From the NCBI GenBank assembly GCA_033852075.1, contig JAWSVC010000012.1:25788-89787 (forward strand): 64,000 nt of DNA, written 5' to 3'. Positions 54,992 to 64,000 of the stretch are shown in pieces. The notes beneath the pieces were generated by a model. It saw nothing but the letters and a program-made list of their open reading frames with translations, made no database searches and was not told the origin of the DNA. The translations under genes and the position numbers were made by a program. The stretch comes from Gammaproteobacteria bacterium. GTDB lineage: Bacteria; Pseudomonadota; Gammaproteobacteria; QZLD01. The first letter of the stretch is position 1. Every line of letters starts with the position of its first letter.

Positions 54992-56185
54992 ATGAAAACA
55001 GATTATCTCATTATCGGTAATGGTATTGCCGGAACTACCGCAGCTGAAAATATCAGGAAAATTGATGCGCAGGCGCAAATTTTTATTGTTACTAATGAGC
55101 ACACTCCATTCTATTCAAGGATTAGATTACCTGAATATATAGCGGGTGATATCACTAAAGATAAATTAGTGGTTAGAAAGGAAAGCTGGTATCAGGAAAA
55201 AAATATAACTTTGTGTACCGGTGTGCAAATTGCCTCTATTGATATTGATGAGAAAGTTGCAATTGCCGAAGATGGACAAAGATTTGAATTTGATAAGTTA
55301 CTTTATGCTGCTGGCAGCCATTCATTTATTCCCAGAATTAATGGTAATACTTTAGATGGTGTTTTTGCGCTAAGAAATATTGATGATGCAGAAAGAATAA
55401 TTGAATACAAGAATGGTAAATCATCCATAGTGATACTAGGTGGTGGTTTATTAGGCCTTGAAATTGGCTATTCAATGATTCAGTGTGGACTGAAAGTTAC
55501 GGTTGTCGAACTTTCAGATCATTTATTGCCTAAGCAGATTGATAAAGAAGGCGGAGCATTCCTGAAAAAACAATTGGAAAAAATTGGATTCAATTTTATT
55601 TTAGGAGATGCTGCTACAGAGATTGTTGGTAATCAACAAGCGCAAGTAGAACGTGTTATTTTAAAAAGCGGTATGGTTATACCTACTGATATGGTTTTAG
55701 TATCTGCTGGTGTGAGGCCAAATCTTGAACTGGCAAAGAATTCAGGAATTAAAACTAATATTGGCCTGATAATAGATAAGAACTTACATACTAGTGCGCA
55801 AGATATATATGCTGCTGGTGATCTTATTGAATTTGAAAGCAGTTTATACGGCAGTTGGATGATTGCTATGGAGCAAGGAAAGCTTGCTGCTTTGAATATG
55901 ACAGGCAATAGTGTCTATTATACTGGTTCTGTAATGTCAATGATGCTAAAAGTTGTTGGTATTGAATTGGGATCTGTAGGTAACCACGATCCTGAGCATA
56001 AGTTAGAATCTGACTTTATTCATACCGATGATTCATTTAAAAGAATCATTTTTGATAAAGAAAAGGTTGTTGGGTGTGTGATGATTGGTAATAAAAAAGG
56101 TTTTCTTCAAATATCAAAACATATTGCTCAAGGTGATTTGGTATCAGAGATAGCCCCGGAACTTTTGCAGCTAACACCGCAGTAA
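54992..56185 (+). CDS. NAD(P)H/FAD-dependent oxidoreductase, rubredoxin-reductase (NROR)-like
   Basis: IGNGIAG, YSRIRL, GGGLLGLE, GVRPN, IYAAGD; close to rubredoxin. Confidence 0.85.
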   Translation: MKTDYLIIGNGIAGTTAAENIRKIDAQAQIFIVTNEHTPFYSRIRLPEYIAGDITKDKLVVRKESWYQEKNITLCTGVQIASIDIDEKVAIAEDGQRFEFDKLLYAAGSHSFIPRINGNTLDGVFALRNIDDAERIIEYKNGKSSIVILGGGLLGLEIGYSMIQCGLKVTVVELSDHLLPKQIDKEGGAFLKKQLEKIGFNFILGDAATEIVGNQQAQVERVILKSGMVIPTDMVLVSAGVRPNLELAKNSGIKTNIGLIIDKNLHTSAQDIYAAGDLIEFESSLYGSWMIAMEQGKLAALNMTGNSVYYTGSVMSMMLKVVGIELGSVGNHDPEHKLESDFIHTDDSFKRIIFDKEKVVGCVMIGNKKGFLQISKHIAQGDLVSEIAPELLQLTPQ

Positions 56186-56199
56186 TTAAAGGAAACCAA

Positions 56200-56691
56200 A
56201 TGAATTCATCTGATAATGGAATAATTGAGATTATAGATAAAGGAATAGAGCTTGAGCTTCTATTGTCTGATCTATATATGGGATTTAGTGAGTATTTTAA
56301 AGATGACCGAGATTTCTGGTGGAGATTGTCGGTTGAAGAAAAGCATCATGCATCATTTTTAGAAAGTGGGAAAGAGGTGCTTTTACCATTCGATAAGTTT
56401 CCTAAAGAGATTTTACCTAAAAGTTTGGAAGAGCTTAATCAGGTAAGTAATCAAATAAAAAAAGTGATTTGTTATTGTGAAGATAAATCGATATCTCGTG
56501 AGGAAGCTTTTAACTATGCAGTTTATATTGAAGGTTCTGCTGGAGAGGCGCATTATCAATCTGCATTAGAAAAAGATATTGATTCTGACGTAATACGTGT
56601 CTTTCATGTGCTAAATGAGGGAGATAAAAACCATAAACAGCGAATTTTAGCGTACATGAAAGAGCGCGATATCTCTATAAATGAAGAATAA
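56200..56691 (+). CDS. Ferritin-like/rubrerythrin-family di-iron protein
   Basis: E..L..LY..F, FWWRLSVEEKHHA, E..A..GEAHYQ, DKNH motifs. Confidence 0.75.
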   Translation: MNSSDNGIIEIIDKGIELELLLSDLYMGFSEYFKDDRDFWWRLSVEEKHHASFLESGKEVLLPFDKFPKEILPKSLEELNQVSNQIKKVICYCEDKSISREEAFNYAVYIEGSAGEAHYQSALEKDIDSDVIRVFHVLNEGDKNHKQRILAYMKERDISINEE

Positions 56692-56717
56692 TTTTTTAAT
56701 AATAATTGGAGTTTTTT

Positions 56718-56879
56718 ATGAAAAAGTATGTATGTGATGTTTGTGGATATATATATGATCCTGAGGCAGGAGATCCTGATAATGACATAGAGCCAGGCAC
56801 AGTTTGGGAAGATGTACCTGAAGGTTGGATTTGTCCATTATGTGGTGCTGGAAAAAATGACTTTAGTGAGGTTGAATAA
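56718..56879 (+). CDS. Rubredoxin (53 aa, below the ORF-track cut-off)
   Basis: Manual translation [53 protein letters not shown]; RBS GGAG. Confidence 0.97.
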   Translation: MKKYVCDVCGYIYDPEAGDPDNDIEPGTVWEDVPEGWICPLCGAGKNDFSEVE

Positions 56880-57013
56880 CCTTTATATTTTGCAGCCTTG
56901 CCCGTGATTTCTTATACTCACGGGCGTAATAAAATTTCAAAATAGTTATACCTCGCCACCTTTTTTGGGTATCATCGAACGCTACTCAAACTTCTTTAGT
57001 AGTTGTTATCATC

Positions 57014-57835
57014 ATGAATGCACTCAGAGCTAGACTGCGTATTTATTTATTGCTATTGGTATTGGTTATGGTAACCGGTTCCTTAGGATTTATGTATTTT
57101 GAAGGTCTAAGTTTTCTAGATTCTATCTATATGAATATTGTCACCATGTCTACAGTAGGGTATGGAGATATACAGCCAACTACCGTCGCTGGTAAATTTA
57201 TTGTTATCTTTATAATCATTGGTGGTGTTGTTTCATTTGTTGGAGCAATATCTAATGCTACAGAGTTAATGATCTATAAAGGTGAGAATAAACGTCACAA
57301 CGAAAAAATTAATATGGTAATTGGGGCTTTTTTCAGTGAAGTAGGAACTGAGTTATTAGGATATTTTTGCCAGTTTGACAAAAATATCGATAAGATCCGA
57401 AATGACTTGATTATTAATGATAATTGGGATGAAGTAATGTTCTCAGAAATTCATAAAACCATTATGAATCATTATTTTGAATTTGAAATTAATGGTGAAG
57501 AATTATTGGGAATAAGAAGATTCTTGATGAGCAGAAGAGAATTTATGGTTAGATTGCTTGAGAACCCGATTCTGCTTGAGCAAGAAAAATTTACTCGTTT
57601 GTTGCGAGAAGTTTTTCATGTTACCGAAGAATTAACAGCAAGAACCAAACTGGAAGAATCTCCTATCTCAGATATAAAGCATATATCTAATGATATGCGG
57701 AAAGCATGTGTTTTATTGGTTCACCAATGGTTGGATTATATGTTCTACATAAAGAATAATTATCCAAATTTGTTTTCATTTGCATCACGTGTTAACCCTT
57801 TTGTGGTTAACTCATCACCTGTAATAATCGAGTAA
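57014..57835 (+). CDS. Two-TM potassium channel family protein
   Basis: Selectivity filter TMSTVGYGD flanked by TM helices. Confidence 0.88.
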   Translation: MNALRARLRIYLLLLVLVMVTGSLGFMYFEGLSFLDSIYMNIVTMSTVGYGDIQPTTVAGKFIVIFIIIGGVVSFVGAISNATELMIYKGENKRHNEKINMVIGAFFSEVGTELLGYFCQFDKNIDKIRNDLIINDNWDEVMFSEIHKTIMNHYFEFEINGEELLGIRRFLMSRREFMVRLLENPILLEQEKFTRLLREVFHVTEELTARTKLEESPISDIKHISNDMRKACVLLVHQWLDYMFYIKNNYPNLFSFASRVNPFVVNSSPVIIE

Positions 57836-57838
57836 TAT

Positions 57839-58570
57839 ATGTTCTTCAACTTCGCAAGATCAAGAGATAATAAGCCAGAAAAAAAGCAAAGATTGCACTT
57901 TATCCAACATGTTGAGTTTGAATCAATAGGTATTATAGAGGATTGGGCTTTAGAAAAAGGAATGGATATTACATCGACAAAGATGTATCTCGACGAAGAA
58001 CTTCCAGATAGAAATGAACTAAGAGATATTGATATTCTTTTAATAATGGGTGGTCCCATGAATATTTATGAATATGCTGAATATCCATGGTTGAAGGAAG
58101 AAAAAATCTTTTTAAAAAAGGCGATAAGAGAAGCCACTATATTTAAAAAATTGGCCATTGTTGGTATTTGTCTTGGAGCTCAACTCATATCTGATGCTTT
58201 AGGGGGTACTGTAAGCCAGAACCAATATAAAGAGATTGGGTGGTTTCCTATAAGATCAACTAATGATCTTTTACCTGATGATATTAGTGTTTTTCATTGG
58301 CATAACGATACTTTTTCAATACCAAAAGGTGCTAGTTGTATTGCTTATAGTGAAGGGTGTGCTAATCAGGCATTTATTTATAAACAGCAGGTAATTGGTC
58401 TTCAGTTTCATCTTGAGTTGACAATGGATAATATAAATACCATATATACTAACTGCGTAAATGAATTGGAATCAGGCCCTTATATTCAAAAGCAAAACAT
58501 TTCTGATTCCAGAAGAATTAATACCGCTAATGGCGTTATAACAGAAATATTAGAGAAAATGCTTAAGTAA
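57839..58570 (+). CDS. Type 1 glutamine amidotransferase-like protein
   Basis: MGGPMN, GICLGAQL, HWHNDTF, LQFHLE. Confidence 0.9.
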   Translation: MFFNFARSRDNKPEKKQRLHFIQHVEFESIGIIEDWALEKGMDITSTKMYLDEELPDRNELRDIDILLIMGGPMNIYEYAEYPWLKEEKIFLKKAIREATIFKKLAIVGICLGAQLISDALGGTVSQNQYKEIGWFPIRSTNDLLPDDISVFHWHNDTFSIPKGASCIAYSEGCANQAFIYKQQVIGLQFHLELTMDNINTIYTNCVNELESGPYIQKQNISDSRRINTANGVITEILEKMLK

Positions 58571-58607
58571 TTGTGTTTAAAATGTCAGGCATGAATCTGT
58601 ATTTGCA

Positions 58608-58622
58608 TGTTATTTTATAACA
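58608..58622. promoter_or_regulatory. TGTTA-N5-TAACA palindrome upstream of the hydrogenase operon
   Basis: TGTTATTTTATAACA. Confidence 0.4.
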
Positions 58623-58743
58623 ATTTGTTTTGTTTAAATATTTATTCCAATAATTCCTCCCCAAATTTCCGCATACAATGAAAAACTGTTCTATATTTAA
58701 AATAATAATTATTAGTTATTAATCCAATCCCAGGGAGGGACAT

Positions 58744-60402
58744 ATGTATATTCCAAGTAATGATGATATTCGAAAATTACTCGAAGAAATTAAAAATGAA
58801 TATTCAATGGAGAAAAAATCACTAATACCAATACTTCAGGATGTGCAAAAGGAATATGGATATATTCCAGAGTACGCGATGCAGGAAATTGGTGTTATGT
58901 TAGGGATCAGTTCTGCAGAAGTGTATGGAGTAGCTACATTTTATAGTTTCTTACAGGTTGAACCTAAAGGTAAATATCATGTTGCTCTAAGTATAGATAT
59001 GCCATCAAAGATGGCTGGAGTTGATGATGTAGCAGAAAGGCTTGAAAAAGAACTAGGAATTAAAATGGGTGAGACCACATATGACAGAATGTTCTCGCTT
59101 GAATGGACTGGTTGCGTAGGTATTTCTGATCTCTCTCCTGCCATGATAATTAATGAAAAGATTTTTCCATTGGTAACCCCGGATAAGGCAAGCGATATTG
59201 TCAGAAGGTTACGTGCGGGTGAAGAAGTTGAGTCTGAGTTACCAAAAAGTGTGACGAATGATTTAACCTTTGATCAGGTTCAAGAGGATTCTGGTTTAAA
59301 GAAAGCACTTGAAATGTCATCTGAAGATGTACGTAGCCTAGTTAAAGAATCAGGTCTTAGAGGGCATGGTGGAGCAGGTTTTCCAACAGGATTGAAGTGG
59401 GATTTTTGTGCTGGAGCCGAAGGTGATATTAAATATGTAGTTTGTAATGCTGATGAAGGTGAGCCTGGATGTTTTAAAGACATGCTTATTTTTGATCGGT
59501 TTGCAGATAAAGTAGTAGAAGGTATGACTATTGCTGGTTATGCCGTAGGAGCCAAAGAAGGTATTCTCTATATTAGATGGGAATATGCCTTTATGAGAGA
59601 AAGACTGGAAGCTTTACTTGAGACAAAGCGTAACAATAGTATGCTGGGCAAAAACATTTGCGGAAAAGATTTTGATTTTGATATCCAGTTGTATTTTGGC
59701 GCAGGTGCATATGTTTGTGGTGAAGAAACTGCGCTAATTGAATCTATTGAAGGACATAGAGGAGAGCCTAGAAATAAACCACCATTTCCAGTTACCGATG
59801 GTTTATTTGGTAAACCTACTAACGTAAATAATGTTGAGACCTTTGCTTGGATTCCTTGTATTTTTGATAAGGGGGCGGCTTGGTATAACTCAGTTGGTGT
59901 TGATAAGAGCAAAGGCTATAAATTATTCAGTATAGCCGGAGATTGTCATAAACCTGGAGTGTATGAACTACCTTGGGGTATGACGTTGAATGATATTGTA
60001 AAACTGGTTGATGCAGAAAACCCTATGGCAATTCAGATCGGAGGATATTCTGGTCAATTAGTTCCTGCAAGTAAGTTTGACCGCAAACTATCATACGAAG
60101 ATTTAGCAACTGGTGGATCGGTCATTATTTACAATAAAGATCGTAATTTATTCGATATTGCAGAAAACTACCTTGAGTTCTTTATTGAAGAATCATGTGG
60201 GCAATGTACCCCATGTAGATGGGGCAATACAGCATTGCTTAATCATGTAGAAAAAATGAGAGCAGGTAAGGTAACCCCAAAAGAAGAAAAAGACATTAAA
60301 ACTTTATGTGAAACAATGTTGCTAACTTCAAAATGCGGGTTAGGGCAGACAAGTCCTAATATTGTAAAAAATCTGATGAATGATTTCGCAGACCAACTTT
60401 AA
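58744..60402 (+). CDS. NAD(H)-dependent [FeFe]-hydrogenase diaphorase subunit (NuoE-NuoF fusion, HydB/HoxF-like)
   Basis: LIPILQDVQ..GVATFYSF (NuoE-like); GLRGHGGAGFPTG, CNADEGEPG, GAGAYVCGEE, ESCGQCTPCR..CGLG. Confidence 0.9.
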   Translation: MYIPSNDDIRKLLEEIKNEYSMEKKSLIPILQDVQKEYGYIPEYAMQEIGVMLGISSAEVYGVATFYSFLQVEPKGKYHVALSIDMPSKMAGVDDVAERLEKELGIKMGETTYDRMFSLEWTGCVGISDLSPAMIINEKIFPLVTPDKASDIVRRLRAGEEVESELPKSVTNDLTFDQVQEDSGLKKALEMSSEDVRSLVKESGLRGHGGAGFPTGLKWDFCAGAEGDIKYVVCNADEGEPGCFKDMLIFDRFADKVVEGMTIAGYAVGAKEGILYIRWEYAFMRERLEALLETKRNNSMLGKNICGKDFDFDIQLYFGAGAYVCGEETALIESIEGHRGEPRNKPPFPVTDGLFGKPTNVNNVETFAWIPCIFDKGAAWYNSVGVDKSKGYKLFSIAGDCHKPGVYELPWGMTLNDIVKLVDAENPMAIQIGGYSGQLVPASKFDRKLSYEDLATGGSVIIYNKDRNLFDIAENYLEFFIEESCGQCTPCRWGNTALLNHVEKMRAGKVTPKEEKDIKTLCETMLLTSKCGLGQTSPNIVKNLMNDFADQL

Positions 60403-60425
60403 TTGCAGCTACGGAGAGTATAACA

Positions 60426-62276
60426 ATGAGTGAAAATGGAAAAATGGTTACTGCAACTATCGATGATATTCAGGTTAGTGTACCTGAAGGGACAACTATT
60501 CTTAACGCAGCAAAAGGTGTTGGTATTAAGATTCCGACTCTATGTAATCACGATGATTTAAAACCAAAAGGGTTGTGTAGGGTTTGTGTTGTTGAGATTG
60601 AAGGTTATAGGAATTTGCAAACATCCTGCACCATGCCTTTAGAAGAGGGTATGGTAATTAATACCAATAGCCACACGGTGAGAAAAGCGAGACGTGATCT
60701 TGTTGATCTGGAACTTTCAAATCATACCGGCACATGTTACACATGTAATCGTAGTCGTAACTGCACATTAAGAGAATTAGCTGATGAATGTGGAGTAACT
60801 GAATTTAGATTTGGTGAAAAGCAAAAGGCTGAGCATAGAATTGAGGATTCAGGACTCTTTATTGTGCGCGATATGAATAAATGCGTGCAGTGTCGTAACT
60901 GTGAAAGAGCATGTAAAGAGCTTCAGGCAGTTGGTGCTTATGATATGAAAGATCGCAGCAATAAGATTAAGATTGCTGCGTTTGCAGATAAAGATTTGGA
61001 AGATACTGTATGTATAAATTGCGGTCAGTGTATTACCCACTGTCCAACTGGTGCTTTGTCGGTTAAGGATGAGGTTGCAAAGGTCTGGCAAATGATTGAA
61101 GATCCAACCAAACATGTGGTAATTCAAACTGCTCCGGCTCCAAGGTCTGCTATCGGTGAATGTTTTGGTAATGAGCCTGGTGAAGCGGCAATGACATTTC
61201 AGTTGGCTACAGCACTTCGTCGTTGTGGTTTCGATAGTGTATTTGATACAACTTTTACAGCTGATTTAACAATCATTGAAGAGGCAACCGAACTTCTTAT
61301 CAGACTGAAAAAGGCATTGGTAGATAAGGATGAAACAGTAGCTTTGCCGCAGTTTACCAGTTGTTCTCCTGGTTGGATTAAATACTTAGAACACTTTAAA
61401 CCAGAGATGATTCCAAATGTATCTTCAGCTAAAAGCCCACAGCAGATGTTTGGTGCAGTAATTAAGACCTACTATGCGCAAAAGAATAACATTGATCCTA
61501 AAGATATTGTATCTGTTGCTTTAATGCCTTGCGTGGCGAAAAAATTTGAATGCAGTCGTCCGGAGATGAACGATAGCGGATACAAAGATGTTGATATTGT
61601 TCTTACAACAGAAGAAGCAGCGGGAATGATTAAAGAGGCTGGTATGGATCTGCGTAAGGTGCCAAAGGGTAAGTATGATGATCCTTTTGGAGTATCAACA
61701 GGTTCTGGTGTGATTTTTGGAGCAACAGGTGGTGTAATGGAAGCTGCGCTTAGAACTGCTGCAGAGCTTATAACCGGGCTAAAAATTGAAGATCTGTTTG
61801 AGCATGCAAACATTACTCCTGTGCGTGGTTTTGAAGGTTCCAGAATTGCAGAAATTACATTAGATCAGGTTGGTGAAGTGCCAGAAATTCTTAAAGGTCA
61901 TTTTAATGATTGGGAATGGCTGAAAGGCGCGACTTTGAAAGTTGGTGTCGCGCATGGTACTGCTAATGCCAAGAAGGTACTGGCAGATATTGAAGCCGGC
62001 GGTCCATTCAGTGAATGTCATTTTATTGAGTTTATGGGATGTCCTGGCGGATGTCTAGCGGGTGGAGGTATGCCGCGCCCAGTAAATATGGATGTGCGTG
62101 AGGCTCGTGCTAAATTAATATATGAAGAGGATATGAATTACGAATATCGTAAATCGCATGAAAACCCTGAAGTGGCTCATTTATATCAAGAGTTTTTCAC
62201 TGAAGGCCCTTGCGGTCATAAGTCTCATGAGTTACTGCATACTCACTATACCGCAAGAGGTAGGTTAATTGATTAG
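60426..62276 (+). CDS. hydA: Group A [FeFe]-hydrogenase catalytic subunit
   Basis: N-terminal 2Fe-2S, HxxxCxxCxxxxxC, 2x[4Fe-4S]; H-cluster motifs FTSCSPGW, MPCVAKKFE, EFMGCPGGCLAGGG; C-terminal RKSHENP..LLHTHY. Confidence 0.96.
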   Translation: MSENGKMVTATIDDIQVSVPEGTTILNAAKGVGIKIPTLCNHDDLKPKGLCRVCVVEIEGYRNLQTSCTMPLEEGMVINTNSHTVRKARRDLVDLELSNHTGTCYTCNRSRNCTLRELADECGVTEFRFGEKQKAEHRIEDSGLFIVRDMNKCVQCRNCERACKELQAVGAYDMKDRSNKIKIAAFADKDLEDTVCINCGQCITHCPTGALSVKDEVAKVWQMIEDPTKHVVIQTAPAPRSAIGECFGNEPGEAAMTFQLATALRRCGFDSVFDTTFTADLTIIEEATELLIRLKKALVDKDETVALPQFTSCSPGWIKYLEHFKPEMIPNVSSAKSPQQMFGAVIKTYYAQKNNIDPKDIVSVALMPCVAKKFECSRPEMNDSGYKDVDIVLTTEEAAGMIKEAGMDLRKVPKGKYDDPFGVSTGSGVIFGATGGVMEAALRTAAELITGLKIEDLFEHANITPVRGFEGSRIAEITLDQVGEVPEILKGHFNDWEWLKGATLKVGVAHGTANAKKVLADIEAGGPFSECHFIEFMGCPGGCLAGGGMPRPVNMDVREARAKLIYEEDMNYEYRKSHENPEVAHLYQEFFTEGPCGHKSHELLHTHYTARGRLID

Positions 62277-62417
62277 GAATCTATAATTTACTGCCTGCGG
62301 TAATTAATCGCTGTGTTGGGCGGTGCTCACAATCCTCATGTATTACATATACACTCCGGTTGCTGCGCTCCGTCCGCCTTGTGCTTAATCACCTCGGCTA
62401 ATAAATTAATGATTCCT
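62275..62417. repeat. 143-bp palindromic MITE/RPE-like element
   Basis: Terminal IR AGGAATC/GATTCCT with nested complementarity (AATTTA/TAAATT, GGCGG/CCGCC). Core GCTCACAATCCTCATGTA..TACACTCCGGTTGCTGCGCTCCG resembles Rickettsia-palindromic-element-like repeats (from memory). Confidence 0.7.
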
Positions 62418-62462
62418 TGAGATTTTGCACAACACTGTAGTAATAAATTTTAGCCATTGAAA

Positions 62463-62487
62463 ATATCTGACTAAAATAGTCGGAATA
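62463..62487. promoter_or_regulatory. IscR type-1-like (Rrf2) site upstream of hydG
   Basis: ATATCTGACTAAAATAGTCGGAATA vs ATASYYGACTRWWWYAGTCRRSTAT: 20/25, with a perfect GACT-N5-AGTC core. Confidence 0.6.
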
Positions 62488-62502
62488 ATTGTTGTAACTA
62501 AC

Positions 62503-62530
62503 CGAAGAGCCTGCTAATGTAGGCTCTTCG
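62503..62530. other. 12-bp hairpin in the hydG leader
   Basis: CGAAGAGCCTGC-TAAT-GTAGGCTCTTCG (one G-U pair), no U-tail. Confidence 0.55.
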
Positions 62531-62572
62531 TCCTTATGGACATTGTGTTTAATACCTATTTTGAGAAAAAAT

Positions 62573-63952
62573 ATGACTGCTATTATTGATGATAAAAAAA
62601 TACTTCAGGAATTAGAAAACGCTTCACAAGATCAAGCAAAGGTTAAAGAAGTGCTTGCAAAAGGGCGAGAACTGAAAGGATTATCATTAAGTGAAGTTGC
62701 TGTCTTATCCAATATTACCGATCCAGACCTGGTTCAGGAATTGTTCGAAACTGCGAAATACGTTAAAGAAGAGATTTACGGAAATCGTCTAGTTATTTTT
62801 GCTCCACTGTATATTTCTAATCTTTGTGCAAATGAGTGTTCATACTGTGCGTTCAGGGCTGGAAATAAAGCAATTCATCGTCGTGTACTGAATCAGGCAG
62901 AGATTGCGGAAGAAACCAGAATTTTAATCGAAAGTGGTCATAAACGTGTGCTAATGGTTGCTGGTGAATCATATCCAAAACAAGGCTTCAATTATGTCCT
63001 GGATTCAATAGATACCATATACAGTGTAAAAGACGCTCACGGCAGTAGTATACGCAGAATCAATGTTAATGTAGCTCCGCTTACAGTTGAAGAATTTAAG
63101 TTGCTGAAAGGAAAAGGGATTGGTACATATCAAATCTTTCAGGAAACTTATAATCGTGATGTATATAGCAAGGTGCATCTGCGTGGTAAAAAGACAGATT
63201 TTGACTGGCGTGTAACTGCGATTGATCGTGCTATGGAAGCAGGTATAGATGACTGCGGTGTTGGAGTGCTATTCGGATTAGCGGAATGGAAGTATGAAAT
63301 ATTAGCACTTATGCAACATATCAATTACCTGGAAGATAAATTTGGTGTGGGGCCGCACACCATTAGTGTACCCCGTATGGAGTTTGCAACAGGATCTGCT
63401 ATATCAGAACACCCTCCGGCAGAGGTTTCTGATGAGGACTTTTTAAAGATTGTTGCCATTTTGCGTATAGCGGTTCCATATACCGGAATTATTATGTCGA
63501 CTCGTGAAGGACCAAGTCTACGAGGCAGAACTTTGGATTTGGGTGTGTCGCAAATTTCTGCAGGAAGTCGTACTAACCCAGGTGGATACTCTGATGATCA
63601 TGAAGATATGAGTCAGTTTTCACTTGGTGATCACCGTTCATTAGATGAAGTGATCCGAGATATTACCCAAAAAGGCTATATACCTTCGTTTTGCACAGGT
63701 TGTTATCGACTGGGTAGAACAGGTGAGGATTTCATGGATCTTGCTAAACCTGGTCTAATCAAACAGCACTGCGGCCCAAATGCAGCTTCATCGTTCATGG
63801 AATTCTTACGTGATTATGCCTCGGAAGAAACCAAAAATATCGGTATGGAAGCAATGGAGAAATTTATTGCTGAAATGGGCGAAAAAGAGCAGGAAGTTTC
63901 ACGCAAAATGGTTGATAAGGTTATTCATGGCAAAAATGATATTTATATCTAG
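62573..63952 (+). CDS. hydG: [FeFe]-hydrogenase H-cluster radical SAM maturase HydG
   Basis: FAPLYISNLCANECSYCAF radical-SAM motif, YQIFQETY, GPHTISVPR, C-terminal PSFCTGCYR..C; start probably ATG 62573. Confidence 0.96.
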   Translation: MTAIIDDKKILQELENASQDQAKVKEVLAKGRELKGLSLSEVAVLSNITDPDLVQELFETAKYVKEEIYGNRLVIFAPLYISNLCANECSYCAFRAGNKAIHRRVLNQAEIAEETRILIESGHKRVLMVAGESYPKQGFNYVLDSIDTIYSVKDAHGSSIRRINVNVAPLTVEEFKLLKGKGIGTYQIFQETYNRDVYSKVHLRGKKTDFDWRVTAIDRAMEAGIDDCGVGVLFGLAEWKYEILALMQHINYLEDKFGVGPHTISVPRMEFATGSAISEHPPAEVSDEDFLKIVAILRIAVPYTGIIMSTREGPSLRGRTLDLGVSQISAGSRTNPGGYSDDHEDMSQFSLGDHRSLDEVIRDITQKGYIPSFCTGCYRLGRTGEDFMDLAKPGLIKQHCGPNAASSFMEFLRDYASEETKNIGMEAMEKFIAEMGEKEQEVSRKMVDKVIHGKNDIYI

Positions 63953-64000
63953 CTGGTTAGTAAAAACATAATTTCTTTCATCTGCTATATTGTTAATAAT

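Noticed and set aside
58608-58622. Rex operator upstream of the hydrogenase
   Set aside because: Half-site spacing is one base shorter than Rex boxes; kept only as an unassigned palindrome.

Overview
AT-rich (about 35% GC by eye) bacterial chromosomal window. The core genes and gene order (yafS-rnhA-dnaQ, recX-alaS, oadGAB, rpsO-pnp, sigma54/NtrC-type glnK-amtB) point to a gammaproteobacterium; this is an inference, not a database result. The left part holds three paralogous PAS sensor kinases plus a stand-alone receiver and a REC-kinase. After dnaQ comes a small accessory islet: an unannotated ExeA-type ATPase fragment and a GSU2403-type nucleotidyltransferase preceded by operator-like repeats. 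Next are metY, a pseudokinase next to an Hpt-HD-GYP gene, further c-di-GMP phosphodiesterases, nadC, miaA, a TsoY-family protein and a candidate anti-Shine-Dalgarno sRNA. The right 23 kb carries a gene set typical of strict anaerobes: rubrerythrin, desulfoferrodoxin, an unlisted rubredoxin, a rubredoxin-reductase-like flavoprotein, ferritin, Bcp and thioredoxins. It ends with a two-subunit [FeFe]-hydrogenase and hydG; the diaphorase subunit is a NuoE-NuoF fusion that has lost the [2Fe-2S] cysteines and shows non-bifurcating signatures. Regulatory and repeat elements seen directly are a perfect FNR-type box, an IscR-type box before hydG, a shared TGTTA-N5-TAACA palindrome, a structured oadG leader and a 143-bp palindromic MITE-like element. 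No rRNA, tRNA, CRISPR array or intact transposase/integrase was seen.
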